Below, one piece after another: positions 1 to 10,230 of a stretch of 64,000 nt of DNA. The stretch covers positions 117,651 to 181,650 of the forward strand of contig JBJKVO010000016.1 of assembly GCA_045562555.1 (NCBI GenBank), given 5' to 3'. Made by a program: the position numbers and the translations under genes. Position 1 is the stretch's first letter; each line of letters starts with the position of its first letter. Source of the stretch: Dehalococcoidia bacterium (GTDB taxonomy: Bacteria; Chloroflexota; Dehalococcoidia; Lucifugimonadales; UBA3495). The notes below the pieces were generated by a model, which ran no database searches, was not told where the DNA came from, and saw nothing but the letters and a program-made list of their open reading frames with translations.

Positions 1-1
1 T

Positions 2-1486
2 TTAAGAAAACTTGTAAACATGCAATATGAACGCAATGACTTCGATCTTGTCAGAGGCAAATTTCGAGTAAGGGGCGATGTTGTTGACTTAATCCCTGCT
101 TATGCAGATCATGCTTTACGTATAGAATTTTTCGGAGACGAAGTGGATAAGATTACTTGCCTAGAACCGCTTACAGGAGAAGTTATTTCAGTGCCCGAGC
201 ACATCGAAATATATCCATCTAACCATTTTGTCACTTCAGATGATCGTATAAAAGCTGCTTTGGGAGATATAGAAACGGAACTGGAACATAGGTTAGCAAT
301 ATTTAAAGAAGAAGGTAAGTTATTAGAAGCAGCTAGACTCGAAGCGAGGACCCATTATGATATAGAAATGATGTCAGAAACCGGTTCCTGTGCAGGTGTA
401 GAAAACTATTCGAGGCATTTACAAAGAAGGGCTGAAGGCAGCACCCCATGGACATTATTGGATTACTTTCCAGAAGATTCTTTGATACTTGTAGATGAAT
501 CTCATATGACATTACCTCAAATCAGAGCAATGTACAAAGGTGATGTATCTAGGAAAACCACCTTGGTTGATTTCGGGTTCCGATTACCATCGGCGCTGGA
601 TAATAGGCCTCTGAAATTCGAGGAGTTCGAAGGCCGAGAGAATCAGACTATCTACGTGTCTGCTACCCCAGGCTCTTATGAACTCGAAAAATCTCCTAGA
701 GTAGTCGAACAGGTGATTAGACCTACAGGACTCCTGGATCCTACTATCGAAATAAAACCCAGTGAAGGTCAGATCGATGATTTGATTTTTCAGATAAGAG
801 AACGCGTGGAGCTTGGGCAAAGAGTGCTTGTGACAACTCTTACGAAACGGATGTCCGAAGAATTGGCTGATTACTTGTCTGAAATCGGTATCAAGAATAC
901 TTATTTGCACTCCGATATTCAAACACTCGACCGAATTGAAATTTTGAGAGGGTTACGAATAGGCACCTTCGACGTGGTGATAGGTATCAACCTGTTAAGA
1001 GAAGGCTTGGATCTTCCTGAGGTGAGCTTGGTGGCTATATTGGACGCTGACAAAGAAGGTTATTTGAGGTCTTTTACTTCTATGATTCAGACTATAGGAA
1101 GAGCTGCTAGGCACTCAAACGGTCATGTGATTATGTATGCTGATAGGATCACTGATTCCATGCAACGAGCCATTGACGAAACTTATCGTAGAAGAAGGAT
1201 TCAAGAACAACATAATAATGCACATGGGATAATTCCTAAGTCCATCCAAAAAGAAGTACATGATATTACTGAGTCTATCAATAAGGGGAGTAAAGAAAAT
1301 CAAGATAATACTTTAGTAAAGCAATTGAATCATGAAGACTTGGTGACTTTGATGAAAGATTTGGACACGCAAATGAAACAAGCTGCGAAGAATTGGGAAT
1401 TTGAAAAAGCGGCCCAAATTCGTGATGAAATTATCGATCTTAGAAAGCTGACAGACATCGAAAAAATTGTTACTGGTGTTGATTAG
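2..1486 (+). CDS. uvrB: Excinuclease ABC subunit B, 5'-truncated by the window edge
   Basis: [36 protein letters not shown] and QTIGRAAR motifs plus C-terminal UVR domain (FEKAAQIRD). Frame is open back to base 2. Confidence 0.98.
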   Translation, partial: LRKLVNMQYERNDFDLVRGKFRVRGDVVDLIPAYADHALRIEFFGDEVDKITCLEPLTGEVISVPEHIEIYPSNHFVTSDDRIKAALGDIETELEHRLAIFKEEGKLLEAARLEARTHYDIEMMSETGSCAGVENYSRHLQRRAEGSTPWTLLDYFPEDSLILVDESHMTLPQIRAMYKGDVSRKTTLVDFGFRLPSALDNRPLKFEEFEGRENQTIYVSATPGSYELEKSPRVVEQVIRPTGLLDPTIEIKPSEGQIDDLIFQIRERVELGQRVLVTTLTKRMSEELADYLSEIGIKNTYLHSDIQTLDRIEILRGLRIGTFDVVIGINLLREGLDLPEVSLVAILDADKEGYLRSFTSMIQTIGRAARHSNGHVIMYADRITDSMQRAIDETYRRRRIQEQHNNAHGIIPKSIQKEVHDITESINKGSKENQDNTLVKQLNHEDLVTLMKDLDTQMKQAAKNWEFEKAAQIRDEIIDLRKLTDIEKIVTGVD

Positions 1487-2324
1487 TTAGGTATAGGCTT
1501 GTATTTGAAAGTCTTTCGAGTATTAACTTAGAAACCAAGAATGACATCGAATCTACGGTCGGAATAGAATAACCGGTAACTCCATCAACTGCTCCGGATG
1601 TTACCATGTCTTCTACGATTTCGAGTTGGCTTTGTGGAGTAGGCAATAGTGGAGTACCTGTACTCATAGACAATTCCGCAAGCAGGCCATATGCCCCCCA
1701 ATTTGATACGGATGCCACGATCAACTGGTCTGTCGGGGTATCGCACCATGGAAGGTTTATCCCTTCTTGTTTTGCACCTTGTGAAATCAATCCCATTCCG
1801 ATTTCGTTCCCCCCGTCACCGATACCAATTGAAGGGATGCCTTGCTCAAAGAGAGTATCTATTTTAGGGGTGTAAGGGCTGATATCGACTCCTCTCATGT
1901 TCGTGTATGTACCTTCACTATTAGGGCCTGATCGTTCAATAGAAATTAATAAGGATGGGTTGAGGGATTCGATTAATCGCGCGCTGAAAGCGTATGATTT
2001 CTTACGGGTTAACATTGGAAAGTTGATGGTTCGGAATGAATTTGTGACTGAAATAGGTAAGCAGTGAGATAGGTAATCGTCTATTACGAAAGTGACATCC
2101 CAGCCCAAATTGTCTAGAGCATATGCCAATGCGATGGCGCCAGGCGGCCCATCAGTTTCTGATGCCTGACCTCTGACGATATAAAACCCGGTTGTGATTA
2201 TTACTTTGTTGCCGTTCGATAGGAGAAAAGAGGCAGCCTCTGAGCAATAATGTCTAGGGAGGAACGGAGTAATCCTAGAAATTCCTCGGAGATCGTATGA
2301 TTGTAGTTCTCTTTCAGTGTTCAC
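1470..2324 (-). CDS. DUF4392 / D-glutamate cyclase C-terminal-like domain protein
   Basis: [31 protein letters not shown] and VSNWGAY motifs typical of DUF4392. Confidence 0.85.
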   Translation of the reverse strand: MNTERELQSYDLRGISRITPFLPRHYCSEAASFLLSNGNKVIITTGFYIVRGQASETDGPPGAIALAYALDNLGWDVTFVIDDYLSHCLPISVTNSFRTINFPMLTRKKSYAFSARLIESLNPSLLISIERSGPNSEGTYTNMRGVDISPYTPKIDTLFEQGIPSIGIGDGGNEIGMGLISQGAKQEGINLPWCDTPTDQLIVASVSNWGAYGLLAELSMSTGTPLLPTPQSQLEIVEDMVTSGAVDGVTGYSIPTVDSMSFLVSKLILERLSNTSLYLTNQHQ

Positions 2325-2333
2325 TAAGTGTCA

Positions 2334-3104
2334 CTACAACTTAATATCAGATACGAACATATGGCCAGGAGAATGGGTGATCATCAAGGATGGCTTAGCT
2401 AATAACGCCACTGCCTGAGGAGTGACTCCGCAAGCCCAAAAAACAGGGACTTCTCCTGTCTCAACAGGTACCGCTTCTCCATATTCTGGGTTGGTTATGT
2501 CTGTGATCCCTATAGATCCAGGATTTCCCACATGGATAGGGGCACCATGATTGTTTGTAAATGTAGACGTTATGTCGATGCATTCTTGAACCTGTTCTTT
2601 TGGAATGGGTCTCATACTCACAACCATCGGACCATAAAAAATGTCTGTCGGGTTTGTTCTTATATTAGTTACGTACATTGGGACGTTCTTACCAAGATCT
2701 TGATGTTTAACTGGAATTCCGGCTTGTTTCAGAGCGTATTCAAAGGAGAAGCTACACCCCAAAAAGAAAGTGACGAGGTCATCTCTCCATTGGTTTACTA
2801 TGTTGCTGGTGGTATCTGTTAGAACACCCTCATGGTATATCTTGTACTCAGGTACGTCTGTACGGATGTCAGCATCTTGGGCGAGCTTCTGGGTAAGATG
2901 TTGTCCAGGTTCAAGGATTTCAAGTACAGGACAAGCCTTTGCATTTAGGGAGCAATAGCGCGCGAAATCCTTTGAATATGATTCGGGAAGGATAACCACA
3001 TTTGCTTGTACGAACGAATCCATAGCTCCAGCAGTGGGTTTGCTCCACTGGGCGTTCCTTACAGCCTGTCTGAATTGGTTAGGAGTGGTATAATTCGTAT
3101 TCAA
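2334..3104 (-). CDS. DUF1445 (UPF0317/YcsI-like) putative hydro-lyase, D-glutamate cyclase N-terminal-like
   Basis: VQANVVILP, DIRTDVP, GCSFSFE, MVVSMRP, HGAPIH, PVFWACGVTPQ and ITHSPGHM motifs. Confidence 0.9.
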   Translation of the reverse strand: MNTNYTTPNQFRQAVRNAQWSKPTAGAMDSFVQANVVILPESYSKDFARYCSLNAKACPVLEILEPGQHLTQKLAQDADIRTDVPEYKIYHEGVLTDTTSNIVNQWRDDLVTFFLGCSFSFEYALKQAGIPVKHQDLGKNVPMYVTNIRTNPTDIFYGPMVVSMRPIPKEQVQECIDITSTFTNNHGAPIHVGNPGSIGITDITNPEYGEAVPVETGEVPVFWACGVTPQAVALLAKPSLMITHSPGHMFVSDIKL

Positions 3105-3119
3105 AAGTATCCTTAATAA

Positions 3120-3146
3120 CTTTTCGATAATGATAATATCGGAAAG
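3120..3146. promoter_or_regulatory. Imperfect inverted repeat in the divergent intergenic region, possible operator
   Basis: CTTTTCGATA-N7-TATCGGAAAG, 10-bp arms with one mismatch, overlapping a GATAAT -10-like hexamer. Confidence 0.4.
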
Positions 3147-3184
3147 ATCTCTCCGTCAATCACTCTTGAGGAGCAAGGAAAACA

Positions 3185-3853
3185 TTGGGAATTTATTTAT
3201 TAAATCGGGATAATGGCGGGCGTCCTTCTGGCTATGATTTAGCATGTCTGGATGACCAAACTGATTCGGTAACTCACATTTATGATATTCAGGAAATATC
3301 TGTGTCGTTAGGGAAAGATAATACGGTAGTCATTATCGACCAATCTTCTCTGTCCAAAGACGAAACCCTTGATGCAATTCAATATTGCAAGACAGCGCAA
3401 ATCAAATCTCTATTATTAATAGACGAAGCTGTATTGGCAAATGTAGATTACCTCCACCTGTTAGATGATTTCTGCTTGTTACCTGTTCAAAAGTTTGAGT
3501 TGGCAGCCCGAGTGCAACGTTTAGTGGGGAATTCAGGTGAAGAGATTGATCATTCTATAATCCGGTTGAACGATTTGTACGTAGATCTTGCTAAATATGA
3601 CGTGTTCGTTGGCTCCCGAAAAGTCACGTTGACATACAAAGAATTTCAACTATTAGTCGCACTCGCTGCGAGTCCAGGACATGTGTTCAGCAGGGAAGAT
3701 TTGTTGAGTAGAGTGTGGGGTTATGATTATTTAGGCGGTACCCGCACAGTAGATGTTCATATTCGGAGGTTACGTTCAAAAATAGAAGATGCGAGCCATG
3801 TGTTCGTTGAAACTGTTTGGAATGTAGGGTATAGATTTAACGTAGAGGATTAA
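3185..3853 (+). CDS. OmpR-family winged-helix regulator, GlnR-like, with degenerate receiver domain
   Basis: C-terminus LTYKEFQLL..FSREDLLSRVWGYDYLGGTRTVDVHIRRLRSK..TVWNVGYRF closely resembles actinobacterial GlnR. No adjacent kinase. Confidence 0.8.
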   Translation: MGIYLLNRDNGGRPSGYDLACLDDQTDSVTHIYDIQEISVSLGKDNTVVIIDQSSLSKDETLDAIQYCKTAQIKSLLLIDEAVLANVDYLHLLDDFCLLPVQKFELAARVQRLVGNSGEEIDHSIIRLNDLYVDLAKYDVFVGSRKVTLTYKEFQLLVALAASPGHVFSREDLLSRVWGYDYLGGTRTVDVHIRRLRSKIEDASHVFVETVWNVGYRFNVED

Positions 3854-6312
3854 CTCGCCTCCTCTATTATGTGGGCTAATAATAAATCTACATTATGCTT
3901 TAAATGGAAGTTCTTGTTGGTACGTAATAAAGGATCAGCCTTTAGGATGTGCGCAGCGGTGTCTCTTGCGAGCTGCATCAGAGAGTGGTCAAAAATGTTA
4001 GCGATTTTAAGGCTGGGCACTCCACTTTGTCGAACCCCAAAATAATCTCCTGGCCCCCTCAGCTTCAGGTCCTGTTCTGCTAAAACAAACCCATCTGTAG
4101 TATTTTCCAACGCACTTAGGCGTTCTAAGGCAGTTTCGGACGGGTCAGCCGATATCAAGATGCAATAACTTTGCGCTTCACCTCTTCCTACTCTCCCTCT
4201 GAATTGATGTAGTTGTGACAGGCCAAAACGATCTGCGCCGTGAATTAACATAATGTTTGCATTGGGCACGTCAACACCGACTTCTATTACTGATGTAGAC
4301 ACAAGTACATCTACGTCCCCAGATCTGAATCTTTCCATTATGGATTCCTTGGCCTTGGTTGACATCCTGCCATGTAATAACTCAATGGTGTAGTCAGGGT
4401 ATTCTGTTTGTATGTTTTTAAATACTTCATTCACGGACATGACACCTGTGTCAGGGTTTTCATCGATTGCAGGGCATACAACGAAAGCTTGGCGACCAGA
4501 TATCAATTGTTTTTCCATAAACCCATATGCTACCGGAGTTTTCTCAGAAGGAATCGATCGGGTTTTAACGGGCCGTCTGCCTTCAGGGAGCTCGTCAATA
4601 GTCGAAATGTCCAGGTCTCCATATATGGACAACGAAAGGGTTCTAGGTATGGGAGTAGCCGACATTGTCAGTGAGTGAGGGGGAATGGCGCTCGGATCTT
4701 TTAGTTCTGATCTTTGTAATACCCCAAAACGATGCTGTTCATCGGTTACTGCCAGATTCAGGCGATCGAAGTTGAGATCGTCATTAGTTAAGGATTGGGT
4801 CCCGATTAATAAGTCAACCGACCCTTCAGCGACTTCGGCGTATATCTTTTTGCGTTGCGAGGGGCTGGTTGATCCCGTGAGTAATGCTATGGTGACCTGT
4901 CGATCCAAGATAGAGCAATCGAGTATTTGAAGGGATTTAAGGGATTGATTTCCGTTAAATTCAGGTGATATCAAGGTTTGGAAAGTTAAGTAATGTTGTT
5001 CTGCGAGGATTTCGGTAGGGGCCATCAATGCGGATTGAAATCCAGAATCTATGTTTGCTAGTATGGCTGCTGCTACTACTACAGTTTTGCCACTGCCTAC
5101 GTCTCCTTGTAGAAGACGACTCATCGGTTTAGGAGGGCATGACATATCAGCTAATATGGACCTTATACAGTGGAGTTGGCTGCCGGTGAGGTTGAATGGT
5201 AGTTTGTTCATAAACATTTGCAAAAAATCTTCGTGAGGTTGCACTATCCTCGCTTTGCTTGGGGCTGCCTCTAATGATTTTTTGATGCTCAAGGCTAATT
5301 GCAAATGTATAAGTTCTTCTAATCCCAGAGTTGTTTTCGCTGCTTGGTGGGATTCGATAGAATCAGGAAAATGTAATTGGGTCACTGATTCGGTCAACGG
5401 CATTAGATTATTTGACTTATAGAAACCTGGGGGAACGTGAGAGTCGGGAATCTGCTCGGTGTACTGTTTTAAAGTATTCCAGGACAATGTACGTAATTTT
5501 TTGGCTGTTAGACCAGATGTGAGTCTGTAGACCGGTAGAATTCGGCCGGTGTGGATACCGGTGTTGGATCTGTTCGATATTTCATACTCCGGCGTTTGAA
5601 ATACTAAGGATCCACGGTAAAGTTCAGGTCTACCACTTATAGAGAGTCTCATTCCTGGTTTCAAGGTTCTAGCTATGAAACGATTTCCAAACCAGAGACA
5701 CTTGATATTTCCTGTGTGGTCTCCCAATATGATTTCTCCTACTGGCAACCGTCCTTTGGCTCCGAGTCTTAGGGTATTAGAGCTCCATATTTCTCCTTGT
5801 ATAGTGCACGTTTGTCCAGGTGTTATTTCGTTTATGTTAATGCGGTTGGAGTAGTCGACTAAGGCTCGTGGAGGATTAAATAGTAAGTCCCAGATGTTCG
5901 AGATTCCAAGTTTAGCTAATCGCTGCTCGGTTTTAGTGTCTACTCCTTTGAGGGTGGTTACTGCGTTAAACATCTGTGGTTTCGCATCAGCAGCTGGGCT
6001 TTTGGGAGAGCGTCGTACTGGTTTTTTTCGAGGCGGGCTTATGTCCAAGGTGTTTAGCTTAAGTGACCCACGGATATTATTAGATACTGCCGTTACCCAG
6101 AGCCGTCGTTTTGCAGTAGTCGTTCCTGTATAGTCGAATTTGAGAAGTGATATGAGTTCCTGGTCTACGGTTGTATTGTTAGTTTCTGAGGATGGAAAAG
6201 AGGTCTGTTGTAAAAAATTGTTCATGCCTCCTATAACCGAACGGTCCTGATAGTCTTGGGATTCTTCGAGTTCCAAGATTTTTAGAATCGTGTTTAAAAT
6301 TGACTGTGTCAT
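3850..6312 (-). CDS. recG: ATP-dependent DNA helicase RecG
   Basis: RLLQGDVGSGKT, DEQHRFGV, MSATPIPRTL and QLHQFRGRVGRG motifs with a wedge/OB domain. Confidence 0.97.
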   Translation of the reverse strand: MTQSILNTILKILELEESQDYQDRSVIGGMNNFLQQTSFPSSETNNTTVDQELISLLKFDYTGTTTAKRRLWVTAVSNNIRGSLKLNTLDISPPRKKPVRRSPKSPAADAKPQMFNAVTTLKGVDTKTEQRLAKLGISNIWDLLFNPPRALVDYSNRININEITPGQTCTIQGEIWSSNTLRLGAKGRLPVGEIILGDHTGNIKCLWFGNRFIARTLKPGMRLSISGRPELYRGSLVFQTPEYEISNRSNTGIHTGRILPVYRLTSGLTAKKLRTLSWNTLKQYTEQIPDSHVPPGFYKSNNLMPLTESVTQLHFPDSIESHQAAKTTLGLEELIHLQLALSIKKSLEAAPSKARIVQPHEDFLQMFMNKLPFNLTGSQLHCIRSILADMSCPPKPMSRLLQGDVGSGKTVVVAAAILANIDSGFQSALMAPTEILAEQHYLTFQTLISPEFNGNQSLKSLQILDCSILDRQVTIALLTGSTSPSQRKKIYAEVAEGSVDLLIGTQSLTNDDLNFDRLNLAVTDEQHRFGVLQRSELKDPSAIPPHSLTMSATPIPRTLSLSIYGDLDISTIDELPEGRRPVKTRSIPSEKTPVAYGFMEKQLISGRQAFVVCPAIDENPDTGVMSVNEVFKNIQTEYPDYTIELLHGRMSTKAKESIMERFRSGDVDVLVSTSVIEVGVDVPNANIMLIHGADRFGLSQLHQFRGRVGRGEAQSYCILISADPSETALERLSALENTTDGFVLAEQDLKLRGPGDYFGVRQSGVPSLKIANIFDHSLMQLARDTAAHILKADPLLRTNKNFHLKHNVDLLLAHIIEEAS

Positions 6313-6326
6313 TGTAACAATCGAGG

Positions 6327-7181
6327 CTAAAGTGCTTCGGGTAAAGTGGCTACTCCAATTGCATTTGGGCCAACATAAGAACCGATTGAAGGCCCAAAAG
6401 TAGTTTCCACGAGTTCAAGTCCGGGATAAGCTGCGATTAGTTGAGACTTGAAAGCATCTTTTGTCCCTGGGTCTGTGTTGTAGATTAAAGCCGCGGAGGT
6501 TAATTTTCCCTGCTCTGCAATCAAACTGCTCATCTTTTCCAGGGACTGATTCAGACTCCGGCATTTTGCTATGGGGACTACTTCACCATCTTCCAAGGAT
6601 AGAATGGGTTTTATGCGCAACATAGTACCCAATAGGGCTGAGGCTTTGCCTATACGACCGCCTCTGTGTAAATATTCCAGGGTGTTGAGTGCAACATAAA
6701 CTGTTGTTCTTCTTAGGGTGGTCTCGGCGTAACTAGCTAGGTCTTCCAACGATATATCGGGGTTGTTTGCTAGATGCTCAGCGGTAGCTAGGACTCCTAA
6801 TGTTATGGGGACTGACGCTTTCAAAGAGTCCACCACTTTGATGCCTTGTTCAGGACTCATGGAGAATGAGTCGGCCGCCTGTTCAGCTGAATTGCAGGTC
6901 CCGCTCAGTTTACTTGAGACGTGTATTGATAATATGGAGTGACCTGCTTCTATGAGTTTTTCATATATATTTAAAAAGTCGGCGGGAGATGGTTGAGAGG
7001 TTTGCGGAATTTGCCCTTCTACAAACATTTTGTGATTGAATTCTTCACCTGAAATTGTTACCCCATCTTTATATGTTTCATTACCAAACATTACATTTAT
7101 GGGGATGATTTCTATATTGTGTTGTTCTGCTAACGAAGCAGGAAGATCTGCACTAGTGTCAGTTATTATTTTGATACTCAT
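6327..7181 (-). CDS. DegV family fatty-acid-binding protein (FakB-like)
   Basis: IITDTSADL, TSQPSP, SSKLSGT, LEYLHRGGRIG and IKPIL motifs. Confidence 0.95.
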   Translation of the reverse strand: MSIKIITDTSADLPASLAEQHNIEIIPINVMFGNETYKDGVTISGEEFNHKMFVEGQIPQTSQPSPADFLNIYEKLIEAGHSILSIHVSSKLSGTCNSAEQAADSFSMSPEQGIKVVDSLKASVPITLGVLATAEHLANNPDISLEDLASYAETTLRRTTVYVALNTLEYLHRGGRIGKASALLGTMLRIKPILSLEDGEVVPIAKCRSLNQSLEKMSSLIAEQGKLTSAALIYNTDPGTKDAFKSQLIAAYPGLELVETTFGPSIGSYVGPNAIGVATLPEAL

Positions 7182-7185
7182 AATG

Positions 7186-8688
7186 TTACTCCATTGTTAT
7201 ATAGTTTAAGATACCAGGGATTGACGTGTCGTGTATTTGAAGTTCGTAGTCAGGAAAATCTGTAGCAATGCCGTGGATTTCCATGATTTCTGTGAGATGG
7301 TGTATGTTGCGGCCTAGATACACGGTGATTAAGGATTTAGGAAGGGGAGAGGCTGAAGTTATGGCCTTTTGTATTTCGTGTTTTAAATTCTCTGGCGTGG
7401 CGTCTGATTGTAAATTATCTGCAAATGTCATCATGGTAATTCCGTCAATGATCTCCGATATGTCCGATATGTTAGTTTCTACCGTGACCTGCTCGTTGAA
7501 AAAGGTTGAAGCCATTAAAGCTTCAGGGAGGCTTTCTAGTGCGATAGTTGGTATTCCGAATGAATCTTGTATTGCCCTCAGCCATTTGGCTGTTTGTGAT
7601 GATGTGGAAACTAGTAGGACTTGCGGGTGGGTTTGTAAATCACGTAATGCCTTTTCAACTCCACCAGGAGAAGGCATAAGGATAACAATATGGCCACCCT
7701 GCTCAAACATTTCGGCAGTTTTTGGATCTTCCGTGATAAAAGCCAGAGTTGGATTGGAGTGTTGCCCTACTTGGTTATCCATATCTTCCGTTGACTGTTC
7801 AACAAGGTCGAATTGTATTTGGAGGGCATTGAAAATAATCTCTGGATGTAAGGCATGGAAATGTATTTTACACATGCTTGGCGTTTGGGATACGACTAGT
7901 GAAGTGACTCCTTCGAAGGATTCTATGGTATTTTGAATTTCTTGTTTTGAGTCTGCAGCCTCACTAGAGATGAGCCCTTGACAGCAATATCCCCATTGTT
8001 CTGGTTGTATACCTTTAAGGTAATTGCTCAGAGCAGGTTCGTTAAAACGGGTAACGAAAGTTTCCAGCCACGGTATATACTCTTGCAGCATGGTTCCTTG
8101 AGAGTTGGTATTGTAGGTTGCAGCAAAGCTATATAGTAATACAGTTAGGCCCGCAGCCCCTGAGTCTATGACCTCAGCAGCCTGTAATTCAGGTAATGAG
8201 TTAGCTGTATTCTGAGTCTCCTGCCAGGCTGTTTTGGTAACTTCTTCCCAGAAAGAACTTAATTGCATGGTGCCTAGTGGCGGGTAATTGTTTATGTCAC
8301 TGATAGATTTCATGACAGAGAGCATAGTTCCTTCTTTTGGTTCTCCAATGGATGCGTAGGCTTTTGTGTACCCTTTTTGGAATCCGTTGATCCAGGTTAT
8401 GGGATTGTCCGCATGGCTCTTACTTAACTCAGATAGACATCCATGCAGAAAACTTGAGAGTATCACCCCGCTATTTCCTTTAGAATTCAAGAATATATTA
8501 TCTGCAATATTCGATAAAAGATGCTCAGATGAAACTTGAGGGTCGCCTATTAGGTCTATGCAACTGTTAACGGTCAGATACATGTTTGTACCGGTGTCAC
8601 CATCCGGTACTGGGAATACATTTATATGATTGAGGGTAAGGCGTGCGAGGTCCAAGTTTGCGATTGCTTTCAGCATCATGTTTGGCAT
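7186..8688 (-). CDS. DAK2-domain fatty acid kinase subunit (FakA-like), divergent C-terminus. Start uncertain.
   Basis: INVFPVPDGDTGTNM, GNSGVILS, PKEGTMLSV and DSGAAG motifs. Directly upstream of DegV. Confidence 0.88.
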   Translation of the reverse strand: MPNMMLKAIANLDLARLTLNHINVFPVPDGDTGTNMYLTVNSCIDLIGDPQVSSEHLLSNIADNIFLNSKGNSGVILSSFLHGCLSELSKSHADNPITWINGFQKGYTKAYASIGEPKEGTMLSVMKSISDINNYPPLGTMQLSSFWEEVTKTAWQETQNTANSLPELQAAEVIDSGAAGLTVLLYSFAATYNTNSQGTMLQEYIPWLETFVTRFNEPALSNYLKGIQPEQWGYCCQGLISSEAADSKQEIQNTIESFEGVTSLVVSQTPSMCKIHFHALHPEIIFNALQIQFDLVEQSTEDMDNQVGQHSNPTLAFITEDPKTAEMFEQGGHIVILMPSPGGVEKALRDLQTHPQVLLVSTSSQTAKWLRAIQDSFGIPTIALESLPEALMASTFFNEQVTVETNISDISEIIDGITMMTFADNLQSDATPENLKHEIQKAITSASPLPKSLITVYLGRNIHHLTEIMEIHGIATDFPDYELQIHDTSIPGILNYITME

Positions 8689-8801
8689 ATATGTCGTCAA
8701 TAATGTCAAATTAAGGTCCAAATATATGTTCTTATCAAGTACCAGTATAATACAATATGGTCCTAATCTATCCGACACTCAGGTGTCAATAAAAGGGAAT
8801 A

Positions 8802-9854
8802 ATGGTTTTTAGTGATTCAAATCCAGAAGAAAGAATCGTGGATGAGTCGTTGCGAGAAGGGGAGCAAACGTCGGAGTTCAGCCTTCGCCCGGCTCTGCTC
8901 AATGATTTTGTTGGGCAGAATATCATTAAAGAAAACGTTCAAATAGGATTAGAAGCCGCGAAATTAAGAGAAACTCCTTTGGATCACGTTATGCTTTATG
9001 GCCCTCCCGGCCTAGGCAAAACAACTTTGGCACATATTCTAGCCAACGAAATGGGGGTTAATATCAAGATAACTTCTGGTCCAGCCATAGAAAGAGCCGG
9101 AGACATGGCCGCAATGCTTACTGGTCTTCAGGATGGAGATATTTTGTTCATCGATGAAATTCATCGGTTAAATAAGGTTGTTGAAGAGGTATTGTACTCC
9201 GCGATGGAAGACTTCTTTTTATCTTGGGTCGTTGGTAAAGGGCTCGCTGCTCGCAACATCAATCTCAGGATCAATCCCTTTTGTTTGATCGGAGCAACCA
9301 CCAGATTTTCTATGGTCAGCGCACCATTGCGTGACCGGTTCGGTTCTGTGTACAGATTAAACTATTACGATTTTGATGAAATGCAACAGGTATTAACAAG
9401 ATCGGCGGACATATTAGATTGTGCTAGCAATCAAGAAGGTATTAAGCAAATAGCCTTAAGATCTCGAGGGACTCCACGCATTGGCAATCGACTCCTGCGT
9501 AGAACCAGGGATTACGCAATTGTTAGGGCGGATGGAAATATTAATGAACAGGTCGCGAAAGATGCTTTGGATATGCTTCAAGTGGATGACCGAGGACTGG
9601 ATCAAAGTGACCACGCGCTTCTAGAAAACCTTGTTGAGAAGTTTAATGGTGGCCCAGTTGGGTTAGATACTCTCGCTACGTCATTGAGTGAGGAATCGGA
9701 TACAGTAATGGATGTATTGGAGCCATACTTGATGCAATTGGGGTTCTTGGAACGCACTCCACGGGGAAGAATTGCTACCAAGGCGGCTTACGACTATTTA
9801 GGTAAAACCTTTCCGGTTAAGACCGATGACCAAGGGCGTTTCGAGGGTTTGTAA
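8802..9854 (+). CDS. ruvB: Holliday junction branch migration helicase RuvB
   Basis: SLRP, GPPGLGKTTLA, FIDEIHRL, GATTR, PLRDRFG, RGTPR and EPYL..RTPRGR motifs. Confidence 0.98.
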   Translation: MVFSDSNPEERIVDESLREGEQTSEFSLRPALLNDFVGQNIIKENVQIGLEAAKLRETPLDHVMLYGPPGLGKTTLAHILANEMGVNIKITSGPAIERAGDMAAMLTGLQDGDILFIDEIHRLNKVVEEVLYSAMEDFFLSWVVGKGLAARNINLRINPFCLIGATTRFSMVSAPLRDRFGSVYRLNYYDFDEMQQVLTRSADILDCASNQEGIKQIALRSRGTPRIGNRLLRRTRDYAIVRADGNINEQVAKDALDMLQVDDRGLDQSDHALLENLVEKFNGGPVGLDTLATSLSEESDTVMDVLEPYLMQLGFLERTPRGRIATKAAYDYLGKTFPVKTDDQGRFEGL

Positions 9855-9877
9855 AAACCTATTGACCTCGGTACAAT
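9849..9877 (+). promoter_or_regulatory. Putative sigma70 promoter for the NIPSNAP-cof operon
   Basis: TTGTAA-17bp-TACAAT, followed by a GAGGAG RBS before ATG 9906. Confidence 0.55.
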
Positions 9878-9905
9878 CTAGACACAAACTACGAGGAGAT
9901 TCCAT

Positions 9906-10229
9906 ATGATTTACGAATTGCGAATTTACGAGACCATTCCGGGCAAACTGGGAGATTTAAATAACAGATTCTCTACTCATACGGTGAACTTGTTCAAAAA
10001 ACATGGAATCCATGTAGTGGGATTCTGGACCGAAGATATTGGAACTAGTAACCAATTGGTGTATATGTTGGGGTTTGACAGCTTAGCGGATAGAGAAACC
10101 AAGTGGTCAAATTTCCAAAATGATGCAGACTGGCAAAGAATTCGTGCCGAGTCAGAGATTGACGGACCAATCAATGCCAGGGTTCGCAATATGATTTTAA
10201 GACCCACCGATTACTCCCCTATGCAGTAA
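9906..10229 (+). CDS. NIPSNAP family protein
   Basis: MIYELRIY N-terminus and LRPTDYSP C-terminus, about 107 aa. Confidence 0.92.
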   Translation: MIYELRIYETIPGKLGDLNNRFSTHTVNLFKKHGIHVVGFWTEDIGTSNQLVYMLGFDSLADRETKWSNFQNDADWQRIRAESEIDGPINARVRNMILRPTDYSPMQ

Positions 10230-10230
10230 T

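Noticed and set aside
7268-7936. Long antisense ORFs (e.g. 7268-7936, 13874-14353, 45025-45456, 61411-61893)
   Set aside because: They are shadows of well-supported genes on the opposite strand, with no motifs or RBS
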